A DNA stretch of 64,000 nucleotides from Candidatus Staskawiczbacteria bacterium (GCA_016196125.1 JACPYG010000015.1:22966-86965), one strand, 5' to 3'; positions 54,747-64,000 are shown, counted from the first letter of the stretch. Notes: generated by a model not told the origin, from the letters alone. Translations and numbers: made by a program.

Positions 54747-55391
54747 TTACAAACCAGTTATTATTCTAAATAAAAAATCTGAAATTGACGAAAACCACTG
54801 CAAACCGCCGAAAACAATTAAGAACATTAATATAGCAAAACCATATTGCTTTAAAAATATTTTAACATTAGAAAATCTTTCAGGCAAAAGACTAAAAAGA
54901 ACCCAAGATCCATCAAGAGGAGGAATTGGAATAAGATTAAATATCGCCAACCATATGTTAATAGAAATAATATAACTGAATGCTATTAGAATTCCTTGAT
55001 TATTTATAAATATTTCTTCAGGTATGAACCTTAATATTAATCCGAAAAAAACAGCCAATAATATGTTGGATGCAGGACCCGCTAAAGAAACTTTAATATC
55101 GCCGTATTTTTTATCTTTGAAATTGTATGGATTAATAGGAACTGGTTTTGCCCAACCAACAATAATCCAATTTCCTGTTTTAATGGCAAGAATTAAAAGG
55201 AGAATCGGCAAAAGGATAGAACCAACAAGGTCTAAATGCTTTAATGGATTTAAAGTAAGGCGTCCGGAATACTTTGCAGTGGGGTCGCCAAGCGAATAAG
55301 CCACACTTCCGTGAGCCAGTTCATGTATTACAACAGAAAAAAGCAATACTACCAAAACTAAAACAAAAGTAATAATTGTAACGATTTCCAT
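54747..55391 (-). CDS. Site-2 protease family (M50) membrane protein
   Basis: HELAH, AGPASN, FNLIPIPPLDG. Confidence 0.9.
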   Translation of the reverse strand: MEIVTIITFVLVLVVLLFSVVIHELAHGSVAYSLGDPTAKYSGRLTLNPLKHLDLVGSILLPILLLILAIKTGNWIIVGWAKPVPINPYNFKDKKYGDIKVSLAGPASNILLAVFFGLILRFIPEEIFINNQGILIAFSYIISINIWLAIFNLIPIPPLDGSWVLFSLLPERFSNVKIFLKQYGFAILMFLIVFGGLQWFSSISDFLFRIITGL

Positions 55392-55410
55392 TATTTAATA
55401 CTAACACGTA

Positions 55411-55486
55411 TTGACCCCGTTAGAAATAGCCAATCTTAAAAATACTTAAATAACGTTATTATGGACGTGATTTTTAACGGAGTTGA
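55411..55486. mobile_element. CCCCGTTAGA element copy 4 with TTGA target duplication
   Basis: ttga|ccccgttagaaat...atttttaacggag|ttga. Confidence 0.7.
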
Positions 55487-55511
55487 AAAAAATAAAAGAA
55501 AGTGTTAGAAT
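55483..55511 (+). promoter_or_regulatory. Sigma70-type promoter for rpmB
   Basis: TTGAAA-N17-TAGAAT with extended -10 TG. Confidence 0.6.
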
Positions 55512-55517
55512 GCACCA

Positions 55518-55615
55518 AAGTGGAAATAATAATATTTTTCAACGTCCGCCCTGCCTGCCGGCAGGCAGGCAAACCCACGGCCAGCCCGAATTGAAAAATA
55601 TTATTATTTCCACTT
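55518..55615. mobile_element. ATATTTTTCAA hairpin element copy C (25-bp IR) with nested family A palindrome, in rpmB leader
   Basis: aagtggaaataataatatttttcaa...ttgaaaaatattattatttccactt. Confidence 0.8.
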
Positions 55616-55625
55616 GTATAATTTT

Positions 55626-55811
55626 ATGGAAAAAATTTGTTCAATTTGTAAAAAAAAATCAGGAATGTCATGGTCTCTCATAAAACTGAGGGGTAAATAT
55701 AATCCTACTCAAAAAATAAGAAAGCGCCCAAATTTACAATGGGTTCGTTTATTTTCGGGCAAAAGAGTTCTCGCCTGCGCCAAGTGCATAAAAGCAATGG
55801 CGAAAGTATAA
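55626..55811 (+). CDS. rpmB: 50S ribosomal protein L28
   Basis: CSICKK...R.RPNLQW...CAKCIK. Confidence 0.85.
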   Translation: MEKICSICKKKSGMSWSLIKLRGKYNPTQKIRKRPNLQWVRLFSGKRVLACAKCIKAMAKV

Positions 55812-55814
55812 ATT

Positions 55815-56195
55815 TCAAACAATGTTTTCATAGTGATTTAAACGCTTAACACTATAATCGGAATTCAAAACAATACATATGGCATCTATCCTTAAAGCGC
55901 CATTCCATTTTTTAAAAGCCGTGTAAGCCAAAGCGTTTCCTGTGAGTTTTCTCATTTTCTTTTTATTAATTGTTTCTTCCGGTGTTCCAAAATTATCTCC
56001 TACTTTTGTTCTTACTTCAACAAAAACCAAATCTATTTTTCCTGCCCTGAGCCTGCCGAAGGGTTTTTTGGCAATTAAATCTATTTCAGCATATTTTGTT
56101 TTATAATTTTGTTCTATTATTTTATAACCTTGTTTTATCAAAAATCTCTTGGCAATCTCTTCCCCTATTTTTCCGACTTCGTTATGCTGACTCAT
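55815..56195 (-). CDS. yraN: YraN family endonuclease, with family E insertion
   Basis: GEEIA, EIDLIA, LVFVEVRT, RID. Confidence 0.88.
   Translation of the reverse strand: MSQHNEVGKIGEEIAKRFLIKQGYKIIEQNYKTKYAEIDLIAKKPFGRLRAGKIDLVFVEVRTKVGDNFGTPEETINKKKMRKLTGNALAYTAFKKWNGALRIDAICIVLNSDYSVKRLNHYENIV
56041..56063. repeat. Family E REP-like insertion in yraN (PFGRLRAG)
   Basis: cctgccctgagcctgccgaaggg; related copies at 5191-5212 and 29453-29475. Confidence 0.7.
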
Positions 56196-56205
56196 AGCTA
56201 TGATA

Positions 56206-56307
56206 AGGTCAGAAAATAAAAATATTTTTCAACGCCCGCCCTGCCTGCCGGCAGGCAGGCAAACCCACGACCAGCCCGAATTGAAAAATATTTTTATTTT
56301 CTGACCT
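56206..56307. mobile_element. ATATTTTTCAA hairpin element copy D (27-bp IR) with nested family A palindrome
   Basis: aggtcagaaaataaaaatatttttcaa...ttgaaaaatatttttattttctgacct. Confidence 0.8.
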
Positions 56308-56311
56308 AAAT

Positions 56312-57847
56312 TTACACAGTATCATAAATTTTAGGCTTATACTGCAATGCCTCTGCCATATGGGAAATAGTTATTTCTTCTGCCCCATCCAAATCGGCGA
56401 TTGTTCTGGCAACTTTTATTGTTTTCATATAAGACCTGGCTGAAAGCTGGAATTTTAAACTTGCTGTTCGCAAAATCCCTTCTATATCTTTTGTCAGTTT
56501 GCAGTATTTCTTAATGTGGCTATTTTTCATTTGGGCGTTTGACTGAATTGAATCTTTTATAAAACGCTCCTCCTGTTTTTCTTTGGCTAAAACAACTCTT
56601 TGTTTGATTATTTTTGATGACTCTAATAGTTCGGAATTTTTCTGATTATCTGAAAACTCTGCCGTATCAACCGGCAAAATGGCGATATGCAAATCAATTC
56701 TGTCTAAGATAGGGCCAGAAATTCTTTTTTGATATTTTTTAATCTGGTTTTGCGTGCAAACACAATTTTTCTTGGGATGATTTAAATAACCGCAAGGACA
56801 AGGGTTTGCCGAAGCCACCAACATAAAATCGGCCGGATATATTACTCTTTGTTTACTTCTTGAAATAGTTAAATATCCATCTTCCAAAGGCTGCCTCATT
56901 GCTTCCATAACATTGTGGGGAAATTCATTAAACTCATCCAGAAAAAGAACACCTCTGTGGGCTAAACTTATTTCGCCAGGATGCGGTTTTGCTCCGCCTC
57001 CGACAAGACCAACTAACGAGGCCGAATGATGAGGCGCCCTGAATTGCCTCTCCGTTATCAGCGAACCGCCTGGCGGGATGCTTCCTGCCACTGAATATAT
57101 TTTAGTTACTTCCAACGACTCTGTTTCATTTAATGGAGGCAATATGCCTGGCAGAGCCCGGGCCAACATAGTTTTTCCCGAACCGGGAGAACCCACCATA
57201 ATAATATTGTGGCCTCCGGCTGCCGCAATTTCCATTGCTCTCTTTGCCTGTTCCTGTCCTAAAACTTCTCTCATGTCAAATTCGGCTGACGAGGGCAGGC
57301 CGCTTAAAATTTTCTGATAAACAACCGGTTCAATATTTCTTTTTTTTAAAAAATATCCTGCTATCTGGATCAAATTTTCAACAGGAAAAACTTTTACCCC
57401 TTTTACTACTCCGGCTTCATTGGCTGAATCCTTGGGAACAAAAAGGTTTGAAAATCCAAATTCTTTGGCAAAAAGAGCCATTAAAAGAGCTCCTTTTGTA
57501 TGCCGAAGAGAACCGTCAAACGATAACTCCCCTAAAAATAATGATTTTTCTGGTATGGGAAACTGCAATACACTGCTCAAAATTCCAACAGCAATGGGTA
57601 AATCATAAAGAGAACCTTCTTTTTGAATATCGGCCGGAGCTAAATTGACTGTGATTTTTTTTGCCGGAAAATCAACTCCCGAACTTGAAATTGCCGCCCT
57701 GACCCTTTCTTTGCTTTCGTCAACCGCCTTGTCTGGCAATCCAACAATTTCAAAACCGGGCAATCCTCTGTTTGCCAAATTTACTTCCACATCCACCTTT
57801 ATTGTTTCAAGGCCCAAATTTACAACAGAAGGCACTTTAATTAACAT
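56312..57847 (-). CDS. comM: ComM/YifB Mg-chelatase-like AAA+ ATPase
   Basis: IVGLPD, NLAPAD, GSPGSGKT, LAHRGVLFLDE, NPCPCG, SGPILDRID. Confidence 0.92.
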   Translation of the reverse strand: MLIKVPSVVNLGLETIKVDVEVNLANRGLPGFEIVGLPDKAVDESKERVRAAISSSGVDFPAKKITVNLAPADIQKEGSLYDLPIAVGILSSVLQFPIPEKSLFLGELSFDGSLRHTKGALLMALFAKEFGFSNLFVPKDSANEAGVVKGVKVFPVENLIQIAGYFLKKRNIEPVVYQKILSGLPSSAEFDMREVLGQEQAKRAMEIAAAGGHNIIMVGSPGSGKTMLARALPGILPPLNETESLEVTKIYSVAGSIPPGGSLITERQFRAPHHSASLVGLVGGGAKPHPGEISLAHRGVLFLDEFNEFPHNVMEAMRQPLEDGYLTISRSKQRVIYPADFMLVASANPCPCGYLNHPKKNCVCTQNQIKKYQKRISGPILDRIDLHIAILPVDTAEFSDNQKNSELLESSKIIKQRVVLAKEKQEERFIKDSIQSNAQMKNSHIKKYCKLTKDIEGILRTASLKFQLSARSYMKTIKVARTIADLDGAEEITISHMAEALQYKPKIYDTV

Positions 57848-58709
57848 AATATTTGCCTGATTCTTGGTTAATAAATCCTTTTAACTGCATTAAAGAAAGA
57901 GTCGTGCCGACTTTGGCGGCAGATATGCCAAGCGTTCTGGATAATAAATCTGCCTCCATCGGTTCTCTTTTTAATTGCTCAATTATTGTTTTTTCCTCTT
58001 TGCTAAGAATCGAACTTTGCTTTGCTTGACTTTCGGAATTAGATAAATTAGCTGGAGAAACATTATAGTACTTTAAAATATCACTTGCTTCTGTTACAAC
58101 AAAAGCCCCCTCTTTTATTAGTTTTATCGTTCCTTTTGAAACATCGCTGGTAATTTGGCCTGGCACGGCAAATATTTTTCTGCCATATTTTTTGGCATAT
58201 TTTGCCGTTATCAGTGTGCCGCTATTTAAACCGGCTTCTACAACTAAAATTGCTTTTGATAAGCCGGCTACTATTCTATTTCTTCTTGCATATGTCCAGT
58301 TAACTGGTGAAAATTTTCCTTCAAGCTCTGAAATAATCAAGCCTTTATTTTCTAAAATTTCGTAATAAAGTTTTTCCTGATATTCCGGGTGTATCATATC
58401 TATCCCGCATGGCATTACGGCAATAGTTTTACCGCCAATCCTTACTGTTGCGCTATGGGCGGCTTCATCTCCGCCATACATAAATCCAGAAACAATAGTT
58501 ATGCCAGAGGCCGCTATTTCGGTTACAAGTTGTTCTGTTATTTTTTTTCCGTAACCAGTCAAATGCCTTGAACCCACCACTGCCAGGCAATTTTCAAAAA
58601 TTTCTTCTTTCCATTCTCCTTTGTAATATAATTTTTTTGGCGCCTCCCTGCCAATTTCTTTTAATGATTTTGGATATTTTTTATCTTCTATTTTAACGGC
58701 CTTCTCCAT
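57837..58709 (-). CDS. dprA: DNA-processing protein DprA
   Basis: AVVGSR, IVSG, RNRIVAGLS, VEA...SGTLITA, AVPG. Confidence 0.92.
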   Translation of the reverse strand: MEKAVKIEDKKYPKSLKEIGREAPKKLYYKGEWKEEIFENCLAVVGSRHLTGYGKKITEQLVTEIAASGITIVSGFMYGGDEAAHSATVRIGGKTIAVMPCGIDMIHPEYQEKLYYEILENKGLIISELEGKFSPVNWTYARRNRIVAGLSKAILVVEAGLNSGTLITAKYAKKYGRKIFAVPGQITSDVSKGTIKLIKEGAFVVTEASDILKYYNVSPANLSNSESQAKQSSILSKEEKTIIEQLKREPMEADLLSRTLGISAAKVGTTLSLMQLKGFINQESGKYYVN

Positions 58710-58735
58710 ATTTTTTTCATTCTAACATTTTAACT

Positions 58736-58760
58736 AAAAAAAGCGACACATTCATCGCTT
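58736..58760 (-). terminator. Probable intrinsic terminator
   Basis: AAGCGA-loop-TCGCTT plus T-run on minus strand. Confidence 0.55.
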
Positions 58761-58767
58761 CTTTAGC

Positions 58768-58895
58768 GCTCTGACCTTTCCTTAGATTTCTAGTAGAATC
58801 AAAGTGGGTGTTCTCATGTTAAAACCACGGTCTTAACTAATATTGAACTCCCGTAAAAAAGTTCGTATAGAATCTAATATTGGAAATATCAGAGC
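58768..58895 (-). ncRNA. Unidentified structured small RNA or leader candidate
   Basis: Long outer helix gctctga..tttcc..ttagatt / aatctaa..ggaaa..tcagagc; TTGACC-N16-TAAAAT at 58930-58903. Confidence 0.4.
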
Positions 58896-58926
58896 TGATT
58901 TCATTTTAACTCTTTTAAAACAGCGG

Positions 58927-58998
58927 TCAACCCCGTTAGAGATGAGATTCTTAAACATCTGTTAATTAGTTTTTGCATAGGACTTCTAACGTGGTCAA
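58927..58998. mobile_element. CCCCGTTAGA element copy 5 with TCAA target duplication
   Basis: tcaa|ccccgttaga...tctaacgtgg|tcaa. Confidence 0.7.
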
Positions 58999-59005
58999 TG
59001 GACTT

Positions 59006-60103
59006 TTAAATACCGAGGGCTTTGACTAATTGTTTTATTAAAGAAACCACAACTGGCGGCGGCATTAGGCTGTTTGAAACAACGCCTTGGTCATCTAAAA
59101 CTTCCCAAGGTTTTTCATTGGCTTTGACTTTACTTCCGCCAGCTGGCGGATTTTCATTAAATGTATAACTGTACTCTGGAGTAATTTCATAATCATCAAC
59201 AAAATCTTTAACTATTTGCACTGGAATGCAATTTCTTAAAAAAACTTTTGGTATGCCCTGCAGGGACTCCGCTTGTTTTATTAAAAGCTCGTCTTTATTT
59301 AGCCTTTCTCTAATTGGTTCAATGCCTAATTCATCACCCTCTTTTGTTGTCATTCTAAAACCCTTGCAATTTGGATTATCGCAAATTAGATAAAATTTAT
59401 CATCCTTTGCGTCATATTCAACATTTTTTGTCGGCAAAAGCTTTAAGCTCCTTGATGTTTGGCAAGAAGGGCAAATTACCCTGTACTTTACTCTCTGGTC
59501 AATAACTGATGTCGGAACATCTATTAAAACAAAAATATCCGGGTCTTCTCTGTATCCAATTAAATCCCTAAAAAACAACGAATAAGAAATTTGATCCAAA
59601 TCCCTCGGAAAGCCATCAATAAAAATCGCTTTCCTGCCAAGCTTTGCTATTTCTCTTTTAGCTAATACTAGAATCAACTCGGAAGGCAAAAGAGTCTTTG
59701 TAGACCTTGCCTTTAAAGATTTAATTATGTCTTCTAATGGCAAATATCCCCTGTAATTATTCTCTAAAAAAACAACGAGTTCCTTTGTTTTATCTTCGTC
59801 GCCGATAATTTCATCAAATGACCTTACCATATCTCCAATGGAAAAATGGGCGATTTTATCACCACCAACCGCTTCGGCCAGCATTTTTGCATAAGTTCCT
59901 TTGCCAGAACCTTTTTTACCAAGCAAATAAGCCACGAATGTATTATTTTTGCTCTCTTCTCGGGAATTAACTCCCAAATATTCTCTTAATTTTTTAAGTT
60001 CAGGGCCTGCTTTATATTCAAAATAAGCCTGCCTTTGATTGAAATCAGTCAGGTCAAATTTTTTATAAACATCGCTTTTTGTTTTAAATATAGGAAAATC
60101 CAT
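59006..60103 (-). CDS. Extended nucleoside monophosphate kinase (adenylate kinase-like)
   Basis: GKKGSGKGT, SIGDMVR, IDGFPR, CPSC...CDNPNC lid. Confidence 0.8.
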   Translation of the reverse strand: MDFPIFKTKSDVYKKFDLTDFNQRQAYFEYKAGPELKKLREYLGVNSREESKNNTFVAYLLGKKGSGKGTYAKMLAEAVGGDKIAHFSIGDMVRSFDEIIGDEDKTKELVVFLENNYRGYLPLEDIIKSLKARSTKTLLPSELILVLAKREIAKLGRKAIFIDGFPRDLDQISYSLFFRDLIGYREDPDIFVLIDVPTSVIDQRVKYRVICPSCQTSRSLKLLPTKNVEYDAKDDKFYLICDNPNCKGFRMTTKEGDELGIEPIRERLNKDELLIKQAESLQGIPKVFLRNCIPVQIVKDFVDDYEITPEYSYTFNENPPAGGSKVKANEKPWEVLDDQGVVSNSLMPPPVVVSLIKQLVKALGI

Positions 60104-60104
60104 A

Positions 60105-60272
60105 CTATTGTTTATTTACTATTTTCAAATTATTTCCGTCAGACACTATTTTTATGCCGCCGGATTCGCCTGTTCTCAATGTATGTATACCAAAATTTTC
60201 TAATCTTTGCAAAGTTTCAAAAGCGGGATGTCCAAATGTGTTCAATAAAAATAATACGGCTTTATTTTTCAT
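60105..60272 (-). pseudogene. C-terminal remnant resembling ComEC/Rec2 metallo-beta-lactamase domain
   Basis: 55-aa frame NTFGHPAFETLQRLENFGIHTLRTGESGGIKIVSDG. Confidence 0.55.
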
Positions 60273-60290
60273 TAATCTATTATAATATAA

Positions 60291-60321
60291 AAAACGCCCC
60301 GGCCAACGGCGGAGGCGTTTT
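60291..60321 (-). terminator. Intrinsic terminator
   Basis: aaaacgcc...ggcgtttt stem with flanking A/T runs. Confidence 0.65.
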
Positions 60322-60329
60322 CAGAAATT

Positions 60330-60494
60330 CTATTTCTTCGACATACCCATTATCCTAAACATCTTTGTTCCGCACTTTACACAAGTGCCGGTCATAGCTG
60401 ACCTCTTATGACCACCCTTTCCTTTCATTGCAACCTCTTTTGGATCTTTCATTTCTCTTTTTGCCTTACATTTTACACAATAAGCTTCTGTCAT
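60330..60494 (-). CDS. 54-aa zinc-ribbon protein (DUF5679-like), not in ORF track
   Basis: MTEAYCVKCKAKREMK...GTCVKCGTKMFRI. Confidence 0.8.
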   Translation of the reverse strand: MTEAYCVKCKAKREMKDPKEVAMKGKGGHKRSAMTGTCVKCGTKMFRIMGMSKK

Positions 60495-60721
60495 TTTATT
60501 ATAATTTTATTTATATATTGTTAATAATCTGCGGATTTACCCAGTCAAATAATTTTAACTTTTAAGAAAGTTAAAATTAAAATCTGAAAGATTTTATTTG
60601 ACTAGGGTGAATTTTAATATCGACCTTGTTCCTGCAAAATTATACAATCTCGCAGGAACAATTTAATACTTTAATCTATTGTACCCTTTAAGATAGTCGG
60701 GGTCAACTCTTTTGTCAATGG

Positions 60722-60750
60722 TTGACTTGTATTTTATATTATTTTAAAAT
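60722..60750 (+). promoter_or_regulatory. Sigma70-type promoter for GNAT gene
   Basis: TTGACT-N17-TAAAAT. Confidence 0.65.
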
Positions 60751-60801
60751 TAAGCAATCAGTTCTTTTCACTTTTAAATTGATTAAACTGGAGGTCAAAC
60801 C

Positions 60802-61302
60802 ATGCATGCCACTTATGATTACAGGGAAAAAGAGACTTCTGTAAATATAAGGCCTATGACAAGAAATGATTTACCAGAAGTCCTTTCTGTTGAACTGGGA
60901 AGTTTTGAGTTCCCTTGGAAAAAAGGTTACTTTGTTCATTGCTTAAAACAACAAAATTATGTCAACCTGGTGGTTAAATATGAAGAAGAAATAATAGGGT
61001 TTATGATTAAATCAGGAATACGTTTGCTTAATCTTGCTGTCCGCCCCGATTGGAGGCGACGCGAAATAGGCACAAAAATGATAGAAGAGCTGATTGGCAG
61101 ATTGTCTCTGCAAAAAATACGGAAAAGAATTATTACAGTTAAAGTTAGAGAAGGAAATTTGCCGGTTCAGTTATTTTTTCGCAAATGCGGATTTAGGGCA
61201 ATAAATGTTTTTCATGGATGTTATGACAAAACACAAGAAGATGCCTATTTATTTTATTATGAATATAAGGTATCAGATTTTTTGACCAGAATAACTAAAT
61301 AA
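60802..61302 (+). CDS. RimI-like GNAT N-acetyltransferase
   Basis: IRPM...SFEFPW, NLAVRPDWRRREIG, VREGN...FFRKCGF...EDA; GGAGG SD. Confidence 0.82.
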   Translation: MHATYDYREKETSVNIRPMTRNDLPEVLSVELGSFEFPWKKGYFVHCLKQQNYVNLVVKYEEEIIGFMIKSGIRLLNLAVRPDWRRREIGTKMIEELIGRLSLQKIRKRIITVKVREGNLPVQLFFRKCGFRAINVFHGCYDKTQEDAYLFYYEYKVSDFLTRITK

Positions 61303-61334
61303 ATACAAAACCTCAAAAATAATCTTTAATAGAC

Positions 61335-63575
61335 CTAAGGCAACAAACCTATGGTCTTTTTTTTAAGTAAAAGAGAATTTAATACAACCGAAATTGAACT
61401 GGTTGCCATTGCCATTGAGGCAAAAATCGGATTTAAAAGTATTCCGAAGAATGGGTATAGCACCCCCATTGCAACCGGAATTAAAATGATATTGTATCCA
61501 AAAGCCCAAAAAAGATTCTGTTTAATGGTTTTCATGGTTTTTTTAGACAGCACAATTGCAGTTGCTACCGATTTTAAATCTTTGTTGATTAAAGTTATAT
61601 CGGCAGACTCAATCGCCACATCCGTTCCGCTTCCCATGGCAATGCCAACATCGGCAGCTGCAAGAGCCGGAGCATCGTTAATGCCGTCTCCCACCATTGC
61701 AACCACTTTTCCTTCTGCCTGTATTTTTCTGACTTCGGCTTCCTTTTGATCCGGTAATACTTCTGCTAAAATTCTTTTAATGCCCAAGCTATTTCCTATA
61801 GCGCTTGCGGTTCTTTGGTTATCGCCGGTAATCATTACTATTTCTATGCCAAGGCTTTGCAATGCTAAAAGCCCCTCTTTTGCGCTTTCCTTAATAATGT
61901 CGGCAACCGCAATTAGCCCGGCGAGTTTTCCTTGGGCGGCAAGCATCATTACCGTTTTTCCATTAATTTCCATTTCGCTGATTTTATCGCTGGCAGAAAC
62001 AATGGCAATATTTTCTTTATCCATTAGCCGCTTATTGCCAAAAATAATCCTTTTGCCGTCAACAGTACCCTCAACTCCATGGCCGGGAATGGCTCGGAAT
62101 TTTTCAACTTTGAATAAAGCAAGATTTTTTGCTTCTGCCGATTTGACAATCGCTTCAGCTAAAGAATGCTCTGAACCTTTTTCAATTGACCCTGCCAATA
62201 TCAATAATTCATCTTTATTTGCTGAATTAACCGGAATAATGTCTGTCACTTCTGGCTGGCCCTTGGTAAGAGTGCCTGTTTTATCGAAAATAATAGTATT
62301 AATCTTGTGGGCGGTTTCTAAACTTTCCGCATCTTTAATTAAAATACCGTGTTCTGCCCCCTTGCCAGTTCCTACCATGATTGCCGTTGGAGTTGCCAGG
62401 CCCATAGCGCATGGGCAGGCGATAATTAACACCGCAATCATATTAAGCAATGCAAATGTTATTGCGGGAGGGTTGCCAAAGATATACCAAACCACAAATG
62501 TTGCGATGGCAAGCATCAACACTGCAGGCACAAAATAAGAAGAAACTAAATCTGCCAAGCGCTGAATGGGAGCCTTGCTTCCCTGGGCCTCCTGCACTAA
62601 TTTAATAATTTGGGCCAACATTGTTTCTTGCCCTATTTTTGTGGCTTTAAATGTAAATGTTCCGGTTTTATTCATAGTTGCGCCAATCACATTGGCTCCT
62701 TTGGATTTATCAACCGGAATGCTTTCTCCCGTAACCATAGATTCATCAATTGAAGATTCACCCTCAATAATAATTCCATCAACCGGGATTTTTTCCCCGG
62801 GCCTTACGCGGATAACATCTCCTATTTGCACCTGATCAATGGCAATATCATGTTCCTTTCCATCTTTTATTATTCTGGCAGTTTTGGCCTGCATCCCAAC
62901 AAGTTTTTTAATCGCTTCCGAAGTTCCTGCTTTTGCTTTTGCCTCAAAATATCTTCCCAAAAGTATGAGGCCAATAATAATAGTGGACACATCAAAGTAA
63001 GGGGCGGCTTCAATGCCAATGTTTTTAATCATATTTGGAAATAACGCAACGAAAGCGGAATAGCCATAAGCCACGGTAGTGCCTATGACTACAAGCGTGT
63101 CCATATTTGCCGTCCTGTGCCTTAATGCCAATATAGTTGCCCGATAAAATCCCCATCCTGCCCAAAATTGCACTGGTGTGGCTAAAAGCAATTGAATAAA
63201 GAAATTTTGGAGAATCTCCGGAGAAGTATCCATTAGTACGGGAAAACTGCCCCATAAAATAAGTCCTCCTAAAAATAAACTCACCATGACTCTTGCTTTT
63301 AAATCATGCAATTCTTTTTGTTTTTCTGCTTTTTCATCAGCTTCGTGCCTCTCTTCGCCGCTAATTAGAGCTTTATATCCCACATTTGATACCGCTCCCT
63401 CAAGATGCTGATCGGTAACTTTTTCTGAATCATACAATACCGTAGCTTTTTCGGTAGCCAAATTAACAGTCGCCTTTTTTACGCCATCTATTTTATTAAG
63501 AGAGTTTTCCAGCAATGTTACGCACGAGGCGCAATGCATTCCCTTAATTGGAAATGTTTTTTTAGTTTCTGTCAT
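61335..63575 (-). CDS. copA: Copper-translocating P1B-type ATPase
   Basis: [33 protein letters not shown] in place of SEHP. Confidence 0.93.
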   Translation of the reverse strand: MTETKKTFPIKGMHCASCVTLLENSLNKIDGVKKATVNLATEKATVLYDSEKVTDQHLEGAVSNVGYKALISGEERHEADEKAEKQKELHDLKARVMVSLFLGGLILWGSFPVLMDTSPEILQNFFIQLLLATPVQFWAGWGFYRATILALRHRTANMDTLVVIGTTVAYGYSAFVALFPNMIKNIGIEAAPYFDVSTIIIGLILLGRYFEAKAKAGTSEAIKKLVGMQAKTARIIKDGKEHDIAIDQVQIGDVIRVRPGEKIPVDGIIIEGESSIDESMVTGESIPVDKSKGANVIGATMNKTGTFTFKATKIGQETMLAQIIKLVQEAQGSKAPIQRLADLVSSYFVPAVLMLAIATFVVWYIFGNPPAITFALLNMIAVLIIACPCAMGLATPTAIMVGTGKGAEHGILIKDAESLETAHKINTIIFDKTGTLTKGQPEVTDIIPVNSANKDELLILAGSIEKGSEHSLAEAIVKSAEAKNLALFKVEKFRAIPGHGVEGTVDGKRIIFGNKRLMDKENIAIVSASDKISEMEINGKTVMMLAAQGKLAGLIAVADIIKESAKEGLLALQSLGIEIVMITGDNQRTASAIGNSLGIKRILAEVLPDQKEAEVRKIQAEGKVVAMVGDGINDAPALAAADVGIAMGSGTDVAIESADITLINKDLKSVATAIVLSKKTMKTIKQNLFWAFGYNIILIPVAMGVLYPFFGILLNPIFASMAMATSSISVVLNSLLLKKKTIGLLP

Positions 63576-63583
63576 AATATTTC

Positions 63584-63937
63584 TTATTTAACTATTATTT
63601 TTCCATGAAACATATTCATGGCGCATGAGTAGCCAAACTCGCCGCTTTGCTGCGGAGTCAATTCAATAGTTACTTTTTGGTTAAGCGGCAGGTATTTGCG
63701 GATTTTAAAATCGCCCAGCACCACTTCTTCCAAACAACTATTTGAATCTTGACGTATGAAATTAATTTTAGTGGTTTTTCCTTTTGGGATAGATATTACC
63801 TCTGGAGAATAACCGCCTTTTACAATAATGTCTATTTGACCTGAAACCGCAACTTCTTTTTCTTTTTTTATAAAGAAAAACCAATAAGTAAAAGCAATTG
63901 CGGCAAAACCTATTACGGTAATAATTATTTTGTCCAT
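63584..63937 (-). CDS. Cupredoxin domain protein
   Basis: TM, GGYSP, CAMNM; upstream of copA. Confidence 0.82.
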   Translation of the reverse strand: MDKIIITVIGFAAIAFTYWFFFIKKEKEVAVSGQIDIIVKGGYSPEVISIPKGKTTKINFIRQDSNSCLEEVVLGDFKIRKYLPLNQKVTIELTPQQSGEFGYSCAMNMFHGKIIVK

Positions 63938-64000
63938 ATATTTGAATTTCTATTTAATTTTGACGCCATCATAAAAATTATAATGAGCAAAAAGACGGTA

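Noticed and set aside
55483..55683. 66-aa ORF containing CLPAGRQ
   Set aside because: Runs through a promoter and hairpin element and overlaps rpmB out of frame
213..63255. Numerous plus-strand ORFs (and a few short minus-strand ones) overlapping recognised genes
   Set aside because: Antisense or alternate-frame shadows of well-identified genes; no recognisable motifs
1..64000. Alternative genetic code (TGA recoded) or an autonomous transposon/prophage
   Set aside because: TGA is used as stop, prfB is present and ORFs are intact under code 11; no transposase, integrase or phage gene cluster seen (the baseplate-J-like gene is isolated)
63938..64000. 3' end of a further minus-strand gene
   Set aside because: Too short to choose a frame or assign a function

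Overview
AT-rich bacterial chromosome segment, almost entirely minus-strand, carrying core genes: divergent ftsZ, ftsEX, frameshifted prfB, gatCA, two mreB, proS, frr, murA, the str/S10/spc/alpha ribosomal superoperon, alaS, tpiA, comM-dprA-yraN, Zn ABC and Cu ATPase transport, and four tRNAs (Ile-GAT, Gln-CTG, Thr-CGT, Gly-CCC). The absence of rpmD (L30) from the spc operon, Lys-rich extensions on ribosomal proteins, SD-poor leaders and standard TGA stops point to a Patescibacteria/CPR (Parcubacteria-like) organism; this is an inference. No transposase, integrase, CRISPR array or rRNA is visible. The notable signal is a dense set of tiny structured insertions in the most conserved loci. (1) At least five families of GC-rich palindromes are inserted in frame into essential proteins (TpiA, uL2, uS3, uL18, AlaRS, GatC, HolB, FtsZ and others). 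(2) CCCCGTTAGA...TCTAACGGGG mini-elements carry 4-bp TNNA target duplications and unrelated interiors. (3) Two intact tRNAs are each nested inside a copy of the same or a similar tRNA split in the anticodon. (4) The 3' ends of rpsI and rplB are duplicated around hairpin inserts. (5) Five inverted heptamer-repeat arrays fill operon junctions. (6) A four-copy hairpin element has co-varying arms and nested inserts. Two promoter/terminator-bracketed structured ncRNA candidates are also present. All calls come from manual reading; no database searches were run.
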